Positions 37,746 to 49,689 of a DNA stretch of 64,000 bases are shown in pieces. The stretch is from Mobula hypostoma (taxonomy: Eukaryota). The translations under genes were made by a program, and so were the position numbers. Positions within the stretch are counted from its first letter, which is position 1. Each line of letters starts with the position of its first letter. The notes beneath the pieces were generated by a model. The model saw nothing but the letters and a program-made list of their open reading frames with translations. It made no database searches and was not told where the DNA came from. The DNA lies in NCBI RefSeq assembly GCF_963921235.1, contig NC_086106.1:21948001-22012000 (forward strand). The letters are read 5' to 3'.

Positions 37746-38414
37746 TGTTGTTTGCGTTTTATAATAAATAAAGTCTATTGGTTTACCCCTAATAATTCGA
37801 ATGTATAAGACTGGGAAATATGAACATTCCGGCCATGCGGCTCACAAAATTGTCCAGACTTCTTCACCTGCTCTCCAATCAACCTAACTTGCTGTACAAT
37901 ACTAGAGATTTTCCTCTATCTATGTGGGTGTCTAATAGTGTGTTATATGTCGCTCTTAAATGTGTCTTTCCTATTACAATTCGTAGAGTGTACAAGGACG
38001 TACCAGTCTGTGTATAAATCATTACAGTTCAAATAGACAAATCGAAATATCGTTATTAACATCTGTACGGATATCTATGTTATTCTAATGCGGTGTGACT
38101 GTGCTGGCCGGGGTTGTAGTGGCATCTGAACTGGACTTCGAGAGGAATAGCCCTGGTCTCGAATACGGCCGGACGGGAAAAAAAGAAAAAAAAAACGTGT
38201 AACTGCGATGCTGTCTGCTGTTGTGCTCTGTACGATTTGACAACGTGGACATTTGCTCATAGATTTAATTGTGCAGGATTTCTTCTGAGAAAATATGCAA
38301 TCTTTATAGTTCTCTGTTAGATACTGTTGCGAGAGTGTTCCTTTAAAACTCACAAATGCAATCTTTTCAAACTGTGTGCCAGTTTTATAGATATCAGATT
38401 TAACGAGGAAAGCT

Positions 38415-38690
38415 GTTGGCGTGCGACCGAGTGCTTAAGGCGTCGGTCTAGTGATCTGAAAGACACTAGTTCGAGCATTTGCTGAGGCAACCTATTGTGT
38501 CCCTGAGCAAGGCACTTAAACACACATTTCTCTGCGACGCAACTGGTGCCAAGCTGTATCGGCCCTAATGACTTCCCTTGGACAGCATCGTTGGCGTGGA
38601 GAGGGGAGACCTGCAGCATGGGCAAATGCCGGTCTCCCTTTCAATCTTGCCCAGGCTTGCGCACTGGAAGGCCTTCCGATGCGCAAATCC
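38415..38690 (+). mobile_element. tRNA-derived SINE in the J-C intron
   Basis: A-box-like TGGCGTGCGACCGAGTGCTTAAG, B-box-like GTTCGAGC, body GTGTCCCTGAGCAAGGCACTTAA. Confidence 0.65.
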
Positions 38691-39648
38691 ATGCTCTCTC
38701 GAGACTAACGGATGCCAATAACTGGGAAACTTTTAGCAACATTTCCTCGACTAGTATCATCTATCTGATCGTTCCAAAAACAAATTTGTTTGGAAGCTCT
38801 GAAAACATAAATAAGTGAATTGCGTGAATACGACCAATCATTCGAGTAAACCTGTGCACAAGATTGCATTGTGTGGAATTTACAAGCTTGGAGAATGTCC
38901 TTCAAGTTAACTAATTGAGACAACGGTCATTCTAGAGGAATGCTACGCTGAACTGTATGGAATAGCACTTTAGCACTTAACAACTTTTTTTTGATTTATC
39001 TGCATGTATTGAATATATATATATAGAAAGAGTTTTGCTGATCTGCACACGGAATTACAGGGAAGGCAATATCGTCGCCACTCAAGGTGGTGTTCTCCAA
39101 CTAAATTACGACTCTTTTCCCAAATAATCTCTCACTTTCAAATGGCTGACTGACACGAAGAACATGAAGTTCTAAACTAGCTAATCCACGATTCTATTAT
39201 ACAAATTTGGAACGTATAGGTACCTGTATGTCCGTTCTTTGTGCTATTTCTTGTGTAAGCATCGTTACAGCTGGTTTCCAGAGAATTGGTGCAGGAAGGA
39301 ACACAAATCAAAATGAAGTGTAAAGGTGTTTTCCTCCCATGATAACGAGAGCGCAAGCATATACAGGTGAAAGTGACTTGATTCTGAGACGTAGATCTAT
39401 CCTGCCGCGTTGACCGGAGAACGCTTTGCGTATTTAGTTGTGGCAAGCATATCAAATTATGTAGATGCTATTTGTATTTCGCTATGATTGAAACACATTT
39501 TGAAGGCTTAGCCGATGGTTTAAGATATGGTTATGTCCGTGTCATACCTAGAAAATTATTTCCTGAGCACTAAACATTCTATTTATTTGAGTATCGAATA
39601 AGCCAAAAATAAAACATTTAGTTTACTTATGTGATCATGTTCTTTCAG

Positions 39649-39945
39649 TGGCAAATACCCACCCCACCGTTTACCCTCTCCTTTCATGTGAGCAATCCAG
39701 TGCCACTGAAACAATCACCTTCGGCTGCTTGGCGACGGATTACTCCCCGGTGGGAATCATCGTCTCCTGGAAGAATGATGAAGCGACAATCACAACAGGA
39801 GTGAGCACCTATCCGGCTGTGTTGAACAAGAAAGGAACTTACACACGGAGCAGCCAGTTAACTATCACCGAGACACAAGCAGGGAGAAGCACCATCTATT
39901 GTGTCGTTCAGCATCAAAATTCATCTCAGGAAATCCCAGTGAAAG
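39649..39945 (+). CDS. IGHM: IgM constant exon Cmu1
   Basis: TTTCAG acceptor, 297 nt phase 1-1. ANTHPTVYPLLSCEQ...FGCLATDYSP...VSWK...YPAVLNKKGTYTRSSQLTITE...IYCVV resembles elasmobranch Cmu1. g|GTTAG donor. Confidence 0.95.
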
Positions 39946-40799
39946 GTTAGTGTTGGGATAACTGTGGGTAAAAGTAATGTAGAGAATGTAAGGTTCAAAC
40001 ACAAGACAAGATATGTTTTCATTGCACTGAAAGTACATTAACGTCTTCAGAAGATTCTATTCTCCAAGCCACATTCCATCTGCAGGGTGGCTTTGGACCA
40101 TCAAATACTATTTTGTAACGCACATTTAGATACTATTCCACAGATGTTTTACCATGGGTGGCAACACGTTTGCAGTTCATTTTTCTTTATCCTAGCTCTA
40201 TACTTACATAACGCCTAGTTGTTTGAACCTCCACTGCGAGTTTTTTTTTTCGCAGAACAGACGTATAAGAGAAAGACTGGAAGTCTGAGCAACTCGTTAT
40301 TCTTTTTTTTTCCTCTCTAAAGTAATAAGAACTGTGCAGAAATCGCGAAGTGCGTCGTGAATTTGAAACACTTTTTTTTTTCTCTTTGCGCACTGTTCAA
40401 AAACATGCGAGCATCAATAAATTTAATTACTGACACTTTCCATCTATTTCAAAAGGACACTGAATATAACACAGAAATGAGTACAGCGCAGAATAGGCCT
40501 GTCTATTGCACCGAGGTTTTCAACCACTTCAAGATCAATCCAACACATTCATCCGATTTAGCTCTCAAAATTTTGTTGATGCATGAGCATTACACTCTCT
40601 AACATTCTTCCAATATATCTGTCTCTGCAATTTCCAAGGCGTTCAAACTTTGTGCTTCAGTGAATTTCCATCCTACCTCGCACTTAACGGGAGGTAGGTT
40701 GGAGAAAAAAGTCTCCACCAAAGCCGATATAAGGCGCAATTTCACTCAGCTGTCCTAAATGCTACTATTGGGAAAGATGTGATATCTGATTAGCCCACA

Positions 40800-41030
40800 A
40801 TCAGTGTTAACTGAAGCAGTGAGAGCAATTGGTGATTGACATATGAGCAAATGTTGGATTGAACGTCCTTGTTGTGTGCACGGAAGCCAGACTGGAAATT
40901 TTTGAAGAGTATGATAATAGCTGGAGTCAGTCCTCGTGTAAAGTCACAGGCCAGAAGAAAGAAATCGCAAGCCACTTCTGCCGTCTTTTCCAAGGAAACA
41001 AAGTAATCATTCTCTTGGAAACCATTTTCC
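40800..41030 (-). mobile_element. L2-like LINE RT fragment in the Cmu1-Cmu2 intron
   Basis: Minus ORF motif FQSGFRAHN. Confidence 0.5.
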
Positions 41031-41589
41031 AAGTCATACAACACTGCAGACAATGATGGTAATGATCCCTATCAACATTCATCAGCAAAACACACATATT
41101 CGCTGGCCTACAATTTTCTGGTAGTAATCCTTTGACCATTGAGAAAATAAAGGCCACTGCCAAATGTGTAGGTATATCTTCCACTGATTTATCTTGTAAT
41201 ATTGTATATACCTGTCCTTTATAGCCCTCCATCCCATCAGATTCATATATCCATTTTTTTTTGTTTGTTTCAGCACTGAACTTTTCAAACGTAATACTAT
41301 TTGGCGGAATAGCCAATTCTATGCTGATTTCACATTCGCCATTTTCCAGTTTGCCGGTCAACACTAAATTATACTTTTATTATTATTATTATTATTTAAA
41401 TGGGTGCTCTACCTCCTCCGGTACTGCATATATGTTTCCTATTTCATAACTGACCACCCCTATACTCACATATGCTTACACACCTGTTATTCCTATATGA
41501 GCAGAACGACGTTGATGATTCGTTAATCCCACTCGGCTATCATTCTCCTGTTTCAATCTTGCACTCGCAAGACCTTTAGTTAGTCGTTT

Positions 41590-42080
41590 CCTGCCGGCTT
41601 TAGAAATCTCAAGAGCCCTATTTGAACTTTCCATTTACACCCCTTATGTATGTATTCATCATTTTCTTGATCGAATGCCCCATCGACATATCATCCATGC
41701 TCCCTTACCCATCTGTCCTTTCCTTGCTTCAACGCGGCAAGCCTTCCAGAGCTCTTTTACAGATGCGCATTAAACTACCAAGAGGTCTCCATTTGATATT
41801 TCCCTGAGTATATCATTTTCCAATTTACAGACTCAAGCTTATTCTTAACAACATGAGAATCGGCTCTCCTACGGTTGTACACTTTCATATACTGACTGCT
41901 CACATTTGTCCAATGTTATGCTACTGGTCAGGAAGTCATAGTTGCAACCTATTAAATGCTTACCCAACAGGAGACCTGTCACTTCAAAAGGTTCAGCAGC
42001 AAGTTCCAGACAGTACGTCATTTCCTCTAGTTGGCAGGTCTTCTTACTATATCAGCAATCTATCATGGATATAGCTATCA
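41590..42080 (-). mobile_element. Decayed CR1 3' fragment in the Cmu1-Cmu2 intron
   Basis: Reverse-complement similarity to the CR1 3' end. Confidence 0.45.
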
Positions 42081-43104
42081 CATTCTGCTCCATCAAATTA
42101 TATTAAACTAGGGTGGTCTCAAACAATATTAAGAACTGTTTTTTTCGAGCGCATGACAACAAGCCAGTTACATTTGCAAATTTTCAAATTCTGCCTCCCA
42201 TCCTACTCATCTGCTCTGTTTTACTCTGGGTGGTGTTAATAGAATACATCCAACAGCTTGATTCCATTATATCTCTTCAAAACCCTCTCTCGGAATATCT
42301 CACTAAACGATAATTCCATGGCTTCACCTGAGACGCAGTTGTGACAAAATCACTCATAACCAATGCTACTCCACCCCTCTGTTAACTCTTTCCCTCTCTA
42401 TTTTGAAGAATCGAAATAGGGAAAAATACAGCAGCCATTTCTGCCCTTGAGGCAGATCCCTCCTGTAATTACAACATCATCTCTTTTCCAAGAACTGATG
42501 CATGATCTGATTATATCATACTTTAGCTTAACAATCTTTTAATTTTCAAGCTATTCAACAGACTCTTTCCTCATAGTCTCTTTACACTCTTTCTGCCCAG
42601 CCCCAGCGAACAGTAATTAACCCTACCCAACAGCTCTAAAAAGACCCCTATGACTTCTGGTTGAACACATCCCTCTTGTACAGGCCAAAATTTTCAATAA
42701 AATATTTTAGTTCTCCATCCCCTGCTACAGGTCTGCTGCCAACCCTTTACCCGAAGGTACTCGAGCTTATCTCTTCAAATGTAACTGAAATGTTGAACTC
42801 TCTGCCTCATTGACCATTTGAAGCGGCCTCTTTAAGTGCCTTGGCGGGATCCCCACAATCATGGAGATGGAAAAATGCATTGCAGAGAAAAGACATGCAA
42901 TTTTCTACAACTTAATACCTATCTGTACTTCAGCTATTTACTAGAATATTGTGAGGCATGTGCCCATATTGCGTCGGAAGAAAGGGAAATTCAATTGATT
43001 CGTTTCTTGCTTGTGTTGTGCAATCCTCGATGATTAACGTTTTCCTTCCTCAATGGCTTCTTACTATATTAAAACCAATTTCAAACACATTTGTTTTCTT
43101 CCAG

Positions 43105-43413
43105 ATGATGTGCGTCATCCAATCGTCGTTATCTCCGTGAACTCCCTTGAAGATATTAAGAGGACCAGAAAAGGGACCGCAGTCTGCTCTATGACTAACT
43201 TCCAACCGGCGCAATTCACCGTGATCTGGCTGAAAAATGGACAGCCGTTGAATTCCGGCGTCGTCACCTCCCCTGCTTTTGCGGTGAATGGGAACTTCTC
43301 AGCGACAAGCCAGGTGACTTTCACGGCGACGGAATGGTTCGCAGACTATGTGTATACATGCCAGGTTACACACAAAAATTATATGCAAAGCCGAAATATC
43401 AGCAAATCTCAAG
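43105..43413 (+). CDS. IGHM: IgM constant exon Cmu2
   Basis: CCAG acceptor, 309 nt. DVRHPIVVISVNSLEDI...AVCSMTNFQP...WLKNGQP...NGNFSATSQ...EWF..VYTCQVTH..QSRNISKSQ. g|GTAAG donor. Confidence 0.96.
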
Positions 43414-43703
43414 GTAAGAGACGTATCCGGGGAAAGTAGCATGCCACTGTCAGTGTCGACCTCAGCCCAAAGTCAGAACTTCATTGACATTAAGAGAAAC
43501 ACGGAACTGCATGTTATTCTGTTCATAATGTAGGCATCTGATCAGTGAGATGATTTGTTTATAGCCGTTTTTTTTTTGGGGGGGGGGGGAACTGTACAGA
43601 AACCGAGAGATCGGAAATGTTTTTGACCTATTTCAAACTCAGAAGATTAATTTCAGATTCCTGATTCAGCTGTGGAAACTTAAGTGATGTTCATTTGCCA
43701 TAG

Positions 43704-44012
43704 AAACATGCCCATGCGAAGAAGTAAAAGTAACAATTGAACAGCCACCAGCGGAGCAGGTGTTACTGGAGGCGACCGTCACCTTAACCTGCGTCATCAC
43801 TAATGCGCCTTACGACGTCCAAGTGTCCTGGAGGCAAGGAGAAAATGAGTTGAAAACAGAGACTGCCTACCAGCCAGGAGACTCCCACCATAGCGTGATC
43901 AGCCAACTGAATATATCGACACAAGCTTGGCTGAGTGGGGACTTAGTCGAATGCGTGGTAAGCCACGAGGAATGGCCGACCCCAAGAAGAGCATACATCC
44001 GCTGGGAAAAAC
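43704..44012 (+). CDS. IGHM: IgM constant exon Cmu3
   Basis: TAG acceptor, 309 nt. TCPCEEV...EQVLLEATVTLTCV.TNAPY...VISQLNISTQAWLSG...CVVSH...PTP. c|GTAAG donor. Confidence 0.96.
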
Positions 44013-44872
44013 GTAAGCTGGGGCTGGTAATATATGTCTTTCGTCGGGGTGGAGAGGGGGTGGGTGGCACTCTTTTTCTTTGGGATTAATCAAAACAACT
44101 GGTGGAGACCACTCAGCAGATTGCCAATATCTCCGGAAAATAGTCCGGCTGGAGTGCCTCGACAAACCATGTGGTCTTCTTATTCCTCACTGCCTGATCT
44201 GCTGAACACATCGTCGGAATATTAGATGTTCCTTAATCCTATTCAGTCTGAGTGCGTGTAAGACCTGCAGGAAACTACAGGTAGAGCAGAGCGAACTTGT
44301 TGATGTCCATTTTGTATACCTTATCACTCCATTAATGTCCAACCTCCTTTCTACGATAACTTCCGCTTTCATCATCTCTGCAAATTAACATTAATTAGCT
44401 GTCCTTTATCACGTCACCGGAACAGTCCTCCAATGAACGTTTAACTCAGTTTTACCATTTGTGAATATGTTCTGTGACATAACGAGGAATTGATAAAGTT
44501 TAATTCAAGTGACCTGGATAACTGAAATATTCCCGACACCCAAAAAAAAAAAAGAATGCTTTAAAATATATGTTTAAACTCTCAGCAGAGGACCAAGTGG
44601 CATGAATATTAACATTCATCTGAGGGGCCAAATACTCACGTAATGCGCCTCGTGTTTCAAACAATTGTGCCTTTTACAGGAAAGTGATGCTGTCCTCCAT
44701 GACAGCTTCTTCTTACCCCAGAACACAAGCTCGGATACTGTAAACATTCACAGTAGAGAAATGCTGTACTTTACATATTTCACAAATTATCACCGTATCG
44801 TCTAGTCTAAACTATCATCATTTCATTTTATTACTTCCCGGTATAATTATTGTTCTCCCCGTTTGTACGCAG

Positions 44873-45265
44873 CTGTGAATCCTCAGGAACCTTCCGTCTC
44901 TGTCCTCCTTCCGCCAACAAGTGAAAAGTCCACAAAAAAACACCGTCATCCTTACCTGCTTAGTGAGAGGGTTTTCGACTCGAAGGATTTTCGTCACATG
45001 GACAGTCGATGACGCACCGGTGGATTCACGCAACTACTCGAATACTGCAGTTGCGGCAGAGAACAGCAGCAATTCGTTCTTCATGTACAGTCTGTTGCCT
45101 GTTCGATTCGAACAGTGGTCCCGAGGTGCTTCTTTCTCCTGTGTTGTAGCACATGAAACCCTCCCGATGAAGATCATCACAAGAACCGTTAATCGATCAA
45201 GTGGTAAACCCAGTTTTGTCAACGTATCCCTTGTACTGATGGATACTGTCGATTATTGTCAATGA
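44873..45265 (+). CDS. IGHM: IgM constant exon Cmu4 + secretory tailpiece (one extra base in the A7 run 44934-44940 as assembled)
   Basis: GCAG acceptor; [14 protein letters not shown], then shifted frame [11 protein letters not shown]...[14 protein letters not shown]...[26 protein letters not shown]. Internal donor agt g|GTAAAC at 45204 for membrane-form splicing. Confidence 0.93.
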
Positions 45266-45293
45266 TAATTTTATCATTTACATTAAATGTTTA

Positions 45294-45309
45294 AATAAAT
45301 ATCAATAAA
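45294..45309 (+). terminator. Secretory-form polyadenylation signals
   Basis: AATAAA at 45294 and 45304, about 30-40 nt after the tailpiece stop. Confidence 0.75.
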
Positions 45310-47388
45310 TATTCTTTCCAGCAAATTTTCAACTGTCCACAACAGCGTTTAATGGTTTCTGATGCTTCAAAACATAAGACCTTCGAGGGTCCCGAGTTGT
45401 TTTTTTTTTAAACGTGGACCCCTATACACCAGGTGTTATAAGACAATTGATAGCTCCGTCCTCAGAGGATTACAAGACATGTTAGAACGCAATTTCGCCA
45501 GATACGATCCAGAGTACTGGAACTACCTATTGCCGTTTTCTCGCGTCCCATTTATTCACAACTGTAGAATAGATTCAGTTATTGTGCTTTGCAGTGAAAA
45601 TCGGTCCTAAGAGAAATGTGTAACACATTTTGCAAACCGAGAGGAGCACAGAATTTTTACACTATACGGTGACGAGGTTCTCATGCGTACCCGAAAATGC
45701 AAAAGCACTTCCGGATTAAAAAAAAAACTGTCGGAATCAAATAAATTATTTTCCAGGCCTGATAATATGAGTGCACTCAAATGGATATCAAGTTCTTGAT
45801 GCTAAAGTCTTTTCAAATGCTCTTTCCAACAAGTGAAATATATGCACAACACAGCTTCGGAGGAATATGGTTTGAACAGCAGGTCAACAAGGTACATCTG
45901 CACATCACTCAAGTACTTCTGCACTAAGTCGCAGTCACTAACAAGCACGCAACTATATATTTATCAAAAAAGGGGGAATTTTGTATCCCTAGAATTTGCA
46001 AAAAGTGAATATACTACTTTGCTATGTAAGTCTGGGGCAGAGAAGGCATTGTCAATTCGTTTTCATGAATAAATATCTAAGACATACAAGTTAAGGAAAA
46101 TGGACCAACAGTTGAGAACAAAAGGTCGAGGAATCTCAACTTGTGCTTTTAATTTTCTACTCCGTAAATGCACTGCTCTGCATCATCGTATTAGTGGATC
46201 TGTTGAGGCAAAAATATGAAATTTAATTAAGGATCTATGGTAAGATTCAAGTACCAACTCAGTCAATATAAGATCAGTTCTCTGATTAGATTAGTCTGAT
46301 TGAGCACTTCTGTTAACATATCTTTCTCGCAAATTTAGGAGAAATAATATATCCATATACTTTTACATCATTCATTCTTTCGTTATTCTCTTTTATTACA
46401 CCTCGGTGCATGAAACCTCTGTAAAATGCAAACATATAAACATTAGTTTAGAGATATACATAATGATGTTTAAGCTTACATCAGCATTACGGTTACCGAA
46501 ATCCAGACATTCTCACTTTAAACTTTCATTAATACTAGAGATAATCATGTCCGTATATTCTTAATCATAGCATACACACAAGCAAAATTACCACCTTTGT
46601 TGCACATAAACAGATAAATTTGAGAGGACGTTCATAAATGGACAAGCTGAAGCCACTATGGCTTCATCGGACATGTTCGGAAACATGTGCACAAGGCCAC
46701 CAGTCTGTTGTACATGTGCACCTATAGAGACAAGGTGGTGAATAAATATAGAAACAAACATCCCTGTGGGGGAAAAAAAAATCAGATAAGCTTACACTAA
46801 AAAAAATGCTTCAGCGCAATTCATGCCAAATGGATTTCGGACTGAGTCTTACAGCAGATACACAAACATTTGATAGTAAACACGAAATATCTCTAAATTA
46901 TATACAGAAATTCATGATCCCAATGGCAATATTTTACAATTTCTCTCTAATTGCTATTTTAATCATAATGTTTTGTCACCCTTATTTCGCTCTCTATTTC
47001 TGTCCATCAAATTGTGTCAATGATTTCTCAGGTGTGAATTATCAAACGTGATAATCCAATGATCTCTTGAGCACAGCAACATTATTTACTTTCAAATATC
47101 GCTCAGTAATAACCAAAGTTAATTCTTACCCAAAGTGTTATACAAATAGGAATGTTCAAAAGCAAGAACTTTATAAATCTAACAATTAGTGCATTTTCAC
47201 TGCAATTCAGAAATCAACTTATAATTGCTTTTAGCAATTATTGATAATTACGACATTGATACCGACATTTCATGGGAAATTCATTATGTAAATTTACCTA
47301 TATCATGTTAAAAATAAGCAATGCAAGAAGTAAATGAAATCCTGCAGTGACAAAAAACGTGAATGTCTATCATTTCTGCTCTCGGCAG

Positions 47389-47516
47389 ATTTTGCAGAAG
47401 ACATCCGGATTGAAGGCTATGCGGAAGACACAGACAACTTATGGACAACTGCTTCCACATTCATAATCTTGTTCTTCCTGAGCATTTCCTACAGCGCTGC
47501 CCTAACTTTAGTGAAG
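47389..47516 (+). CDS. IGHM: IgM transmembrane exon TM1
   Basis: GGCAG acceptor, phase 1. DFAEDIRIEGYAEDTDNLWTTASTFIILFFLSISYSAALTLVK with CART residues. |GTCAGA donor. Confidence 0.96.
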
Positions 47517-47655
47517 GTCAGAACATTTAGTCCACTTATCTTTCCCCGCATTTGGAGATGATGACCAAATGTTCATGACGTTAATTTCTTGCGGGGGCTG
47601 AAATCTCACAACCATTACTTCATTTGTATTTTCTCTATTTCTCTTGTTTTCACAG

Positions 47656-47664
47656 GTGAAGTGA
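47656..47664 (+). CDS. IGHM: IgM transmembrane exon TM2 (VK*)
   Basis: TTTTCACAG|GTGAAGTGA gives the canonical KVK cytoplasmic tail. Confidence 0.92.
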   Translation: MK

Positions 47665-47946
47665 TAGTATGAACATAGGAAAAAGTCGATTTTTTTCCTA
47701 TTGAACTCTTGACATCTGAGTTAACGTGCCGGAATGTACCACCTTTTGAAGCTAGCAAAGTCATGGTCTGAATTTCTGTTTTAAAACTGGAATGCTCATC
47801 ACTGCAACTGCACAGTAATTCATAAAGCTTTACAACATGTACACCTAAGTCGATTCTTTCCATGAATTATGTCATATGTTCGATTTCTTTAACTACGACA
47901 TTAGTCCTGTTTTCTTGCATCCAGTGCACTTGTGCAGCAAAAACAA

Positions 47947-47952
47947 AATAAA
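47947..47952 (+). terminator. Candidate membrane-form polyadenylation signal
   Basis: First AATAAA I see after the TM2 stop (~280 nt downstream). Confidence 0.45.
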
Positions 47953-49689
47953 TGATTTCCTGACGCAGCATATTGGATTGTTCCATTTTGTTAGCCATAG
48001 CATAACCATACTCAATAATCACAATTCGTTATCACATGTTATTTTAACTTTCGCAAACTTATATAAGAGTACCATAGTAGTCAGGTCCTTGGCACTTCCT
48101 CCGTCTGTCAAGGAAAGTGGAGATGCGAGAGGAAAGAAGACTAACAGTATTAGACGATTCATTGGTTCTGGGAACAGATTCCATTAACGGTCGCGAATCT
48201 CCCGAATGGTATATTGCTCTCAGGCCTGAACGTCAGGGATATATTGGGTAAATGACACTGCATTCTTGAGGCGTATCGGTTCAGATATTTAGCATGGTAT
48301 GCAATAGTAACAATGGCAGAAATTGGATAAAGAATATTGTTCTGAATTGAGAATGCAGTTAACAGGAAAGGAAAGAAGCGCAGAATCCAGTGGGTAGTAC
48401 TCTCTTCATTCAAGTTTGTGGCGTGTACCGGTAATGGTAAGAATATAATTATCAGGCAGATAAATGCATTGCTGACCATTTGGTTTCGGGCCCAGGGCTG
48501 CAGATCGGTGGATCTGAATGTATGACCAGAAATGTTGATGCTGTCGAAAGTAGCGAAGGGACATATAAAAAAAAACGTTCTGCGCAGAAGTCGGGAACTT
48601 GAGGAAAGCAATCTATTCACTCAACTCATTTCACTGAACCTCGTCTTATAGGGTATGCTCCCTAATACAGGCAACATCCTTGTAAATCTCCTCTGCACCG
48701 CGCTACAGTGTCCACATCCTTCCTGTTAGGAGACGACCAGAACTTCCAAAGACCTCCTTGTGGTCACCTGGAGAAGAAGGAGCAGATAAGCAGGCAGATT
48801 TTGGGAATTTGCCAAAATAATATGATTGATGGCATTGAGACTTCAATTTTACTGCCAATTTTTTTGCGCCCTCAATATCCCTAATACTTATTGACAATTA
48901 TTCAGCACAAAATCTACAGATGTGGCTGAAACGATGAGGTATACCCATAAAATCTGTGCGTGGAAGATAATCATTTTAACTGAGGTTTGCTAAGCATGCT
49001 TTTCCAGTAGCAGCTGCAACTGGAAAGGGAACCAGCAGTTGTAATTAAACAACAGTTATATTGTTTGTTGTTCATTTTTTTTTACTTCTGGATTTAAATG
49101 GAAGTTCGTCTTCAATTTGTTATATGGAAATAGATAGCAGCTTGAAGATATCAAAGCACTCTATGGAAAGCAATTTTAAAAAATTAGCTCTACATTTGTA
49201 GAGAGTCACTGCACCTGCTTTATTAATTCTTTCTAAAATATAAGTCAGTGATCTGTTTAACTTAGGTTATTTCAGACAAACCGACTCGTAAGTTCCCATG
49301 ATCAAGCATGCTCGCAGAATAAATGTGTTATATCATTTAGAACGTCAGTAACTGATATGTTTATAGGAGGAAAAGTGTCTGTACTCAACGATGTTAGCTT
49401 GACAGAAATATCAGTATATCGCTAAGACCTATGTTTCCAAAAGATGTTTCCAAACTTGTTGGTCTGTGCCTTTGTTATATAAATATATCTTTTTTTTTGT
49501 TAGTTCGCTGGAATGCGACCAGTGTTTTCGAAAATTTTCTTTATTATTTTCTTTCAATCTGTTTTATCCTTTGTGGACCAGAATCATGAAAACAGAGAAA
49601 CATGCAAAACCTACAGCACGATACTGGCCGTTCGGCCACAAAGCCTTGCAGATCATGTCCTTATCTTACTACTAGCTAGACGTATCCTT

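Noticed and set aside
35651-39648. Switch-region-like repeats in the J-C intron
   Set aside because: No G-rich or AGCT-dense tandem array seen; the intron is AT-rich with two small repeats.
40790-41364. ORFs in the Cmu1-Cmu2 intron considered as an extra Ig domain exon
   Set aside because: No Ig C1 Cys/Trp pattern; they contain LINE motifs (FQSGFRAH) on the minus strand.
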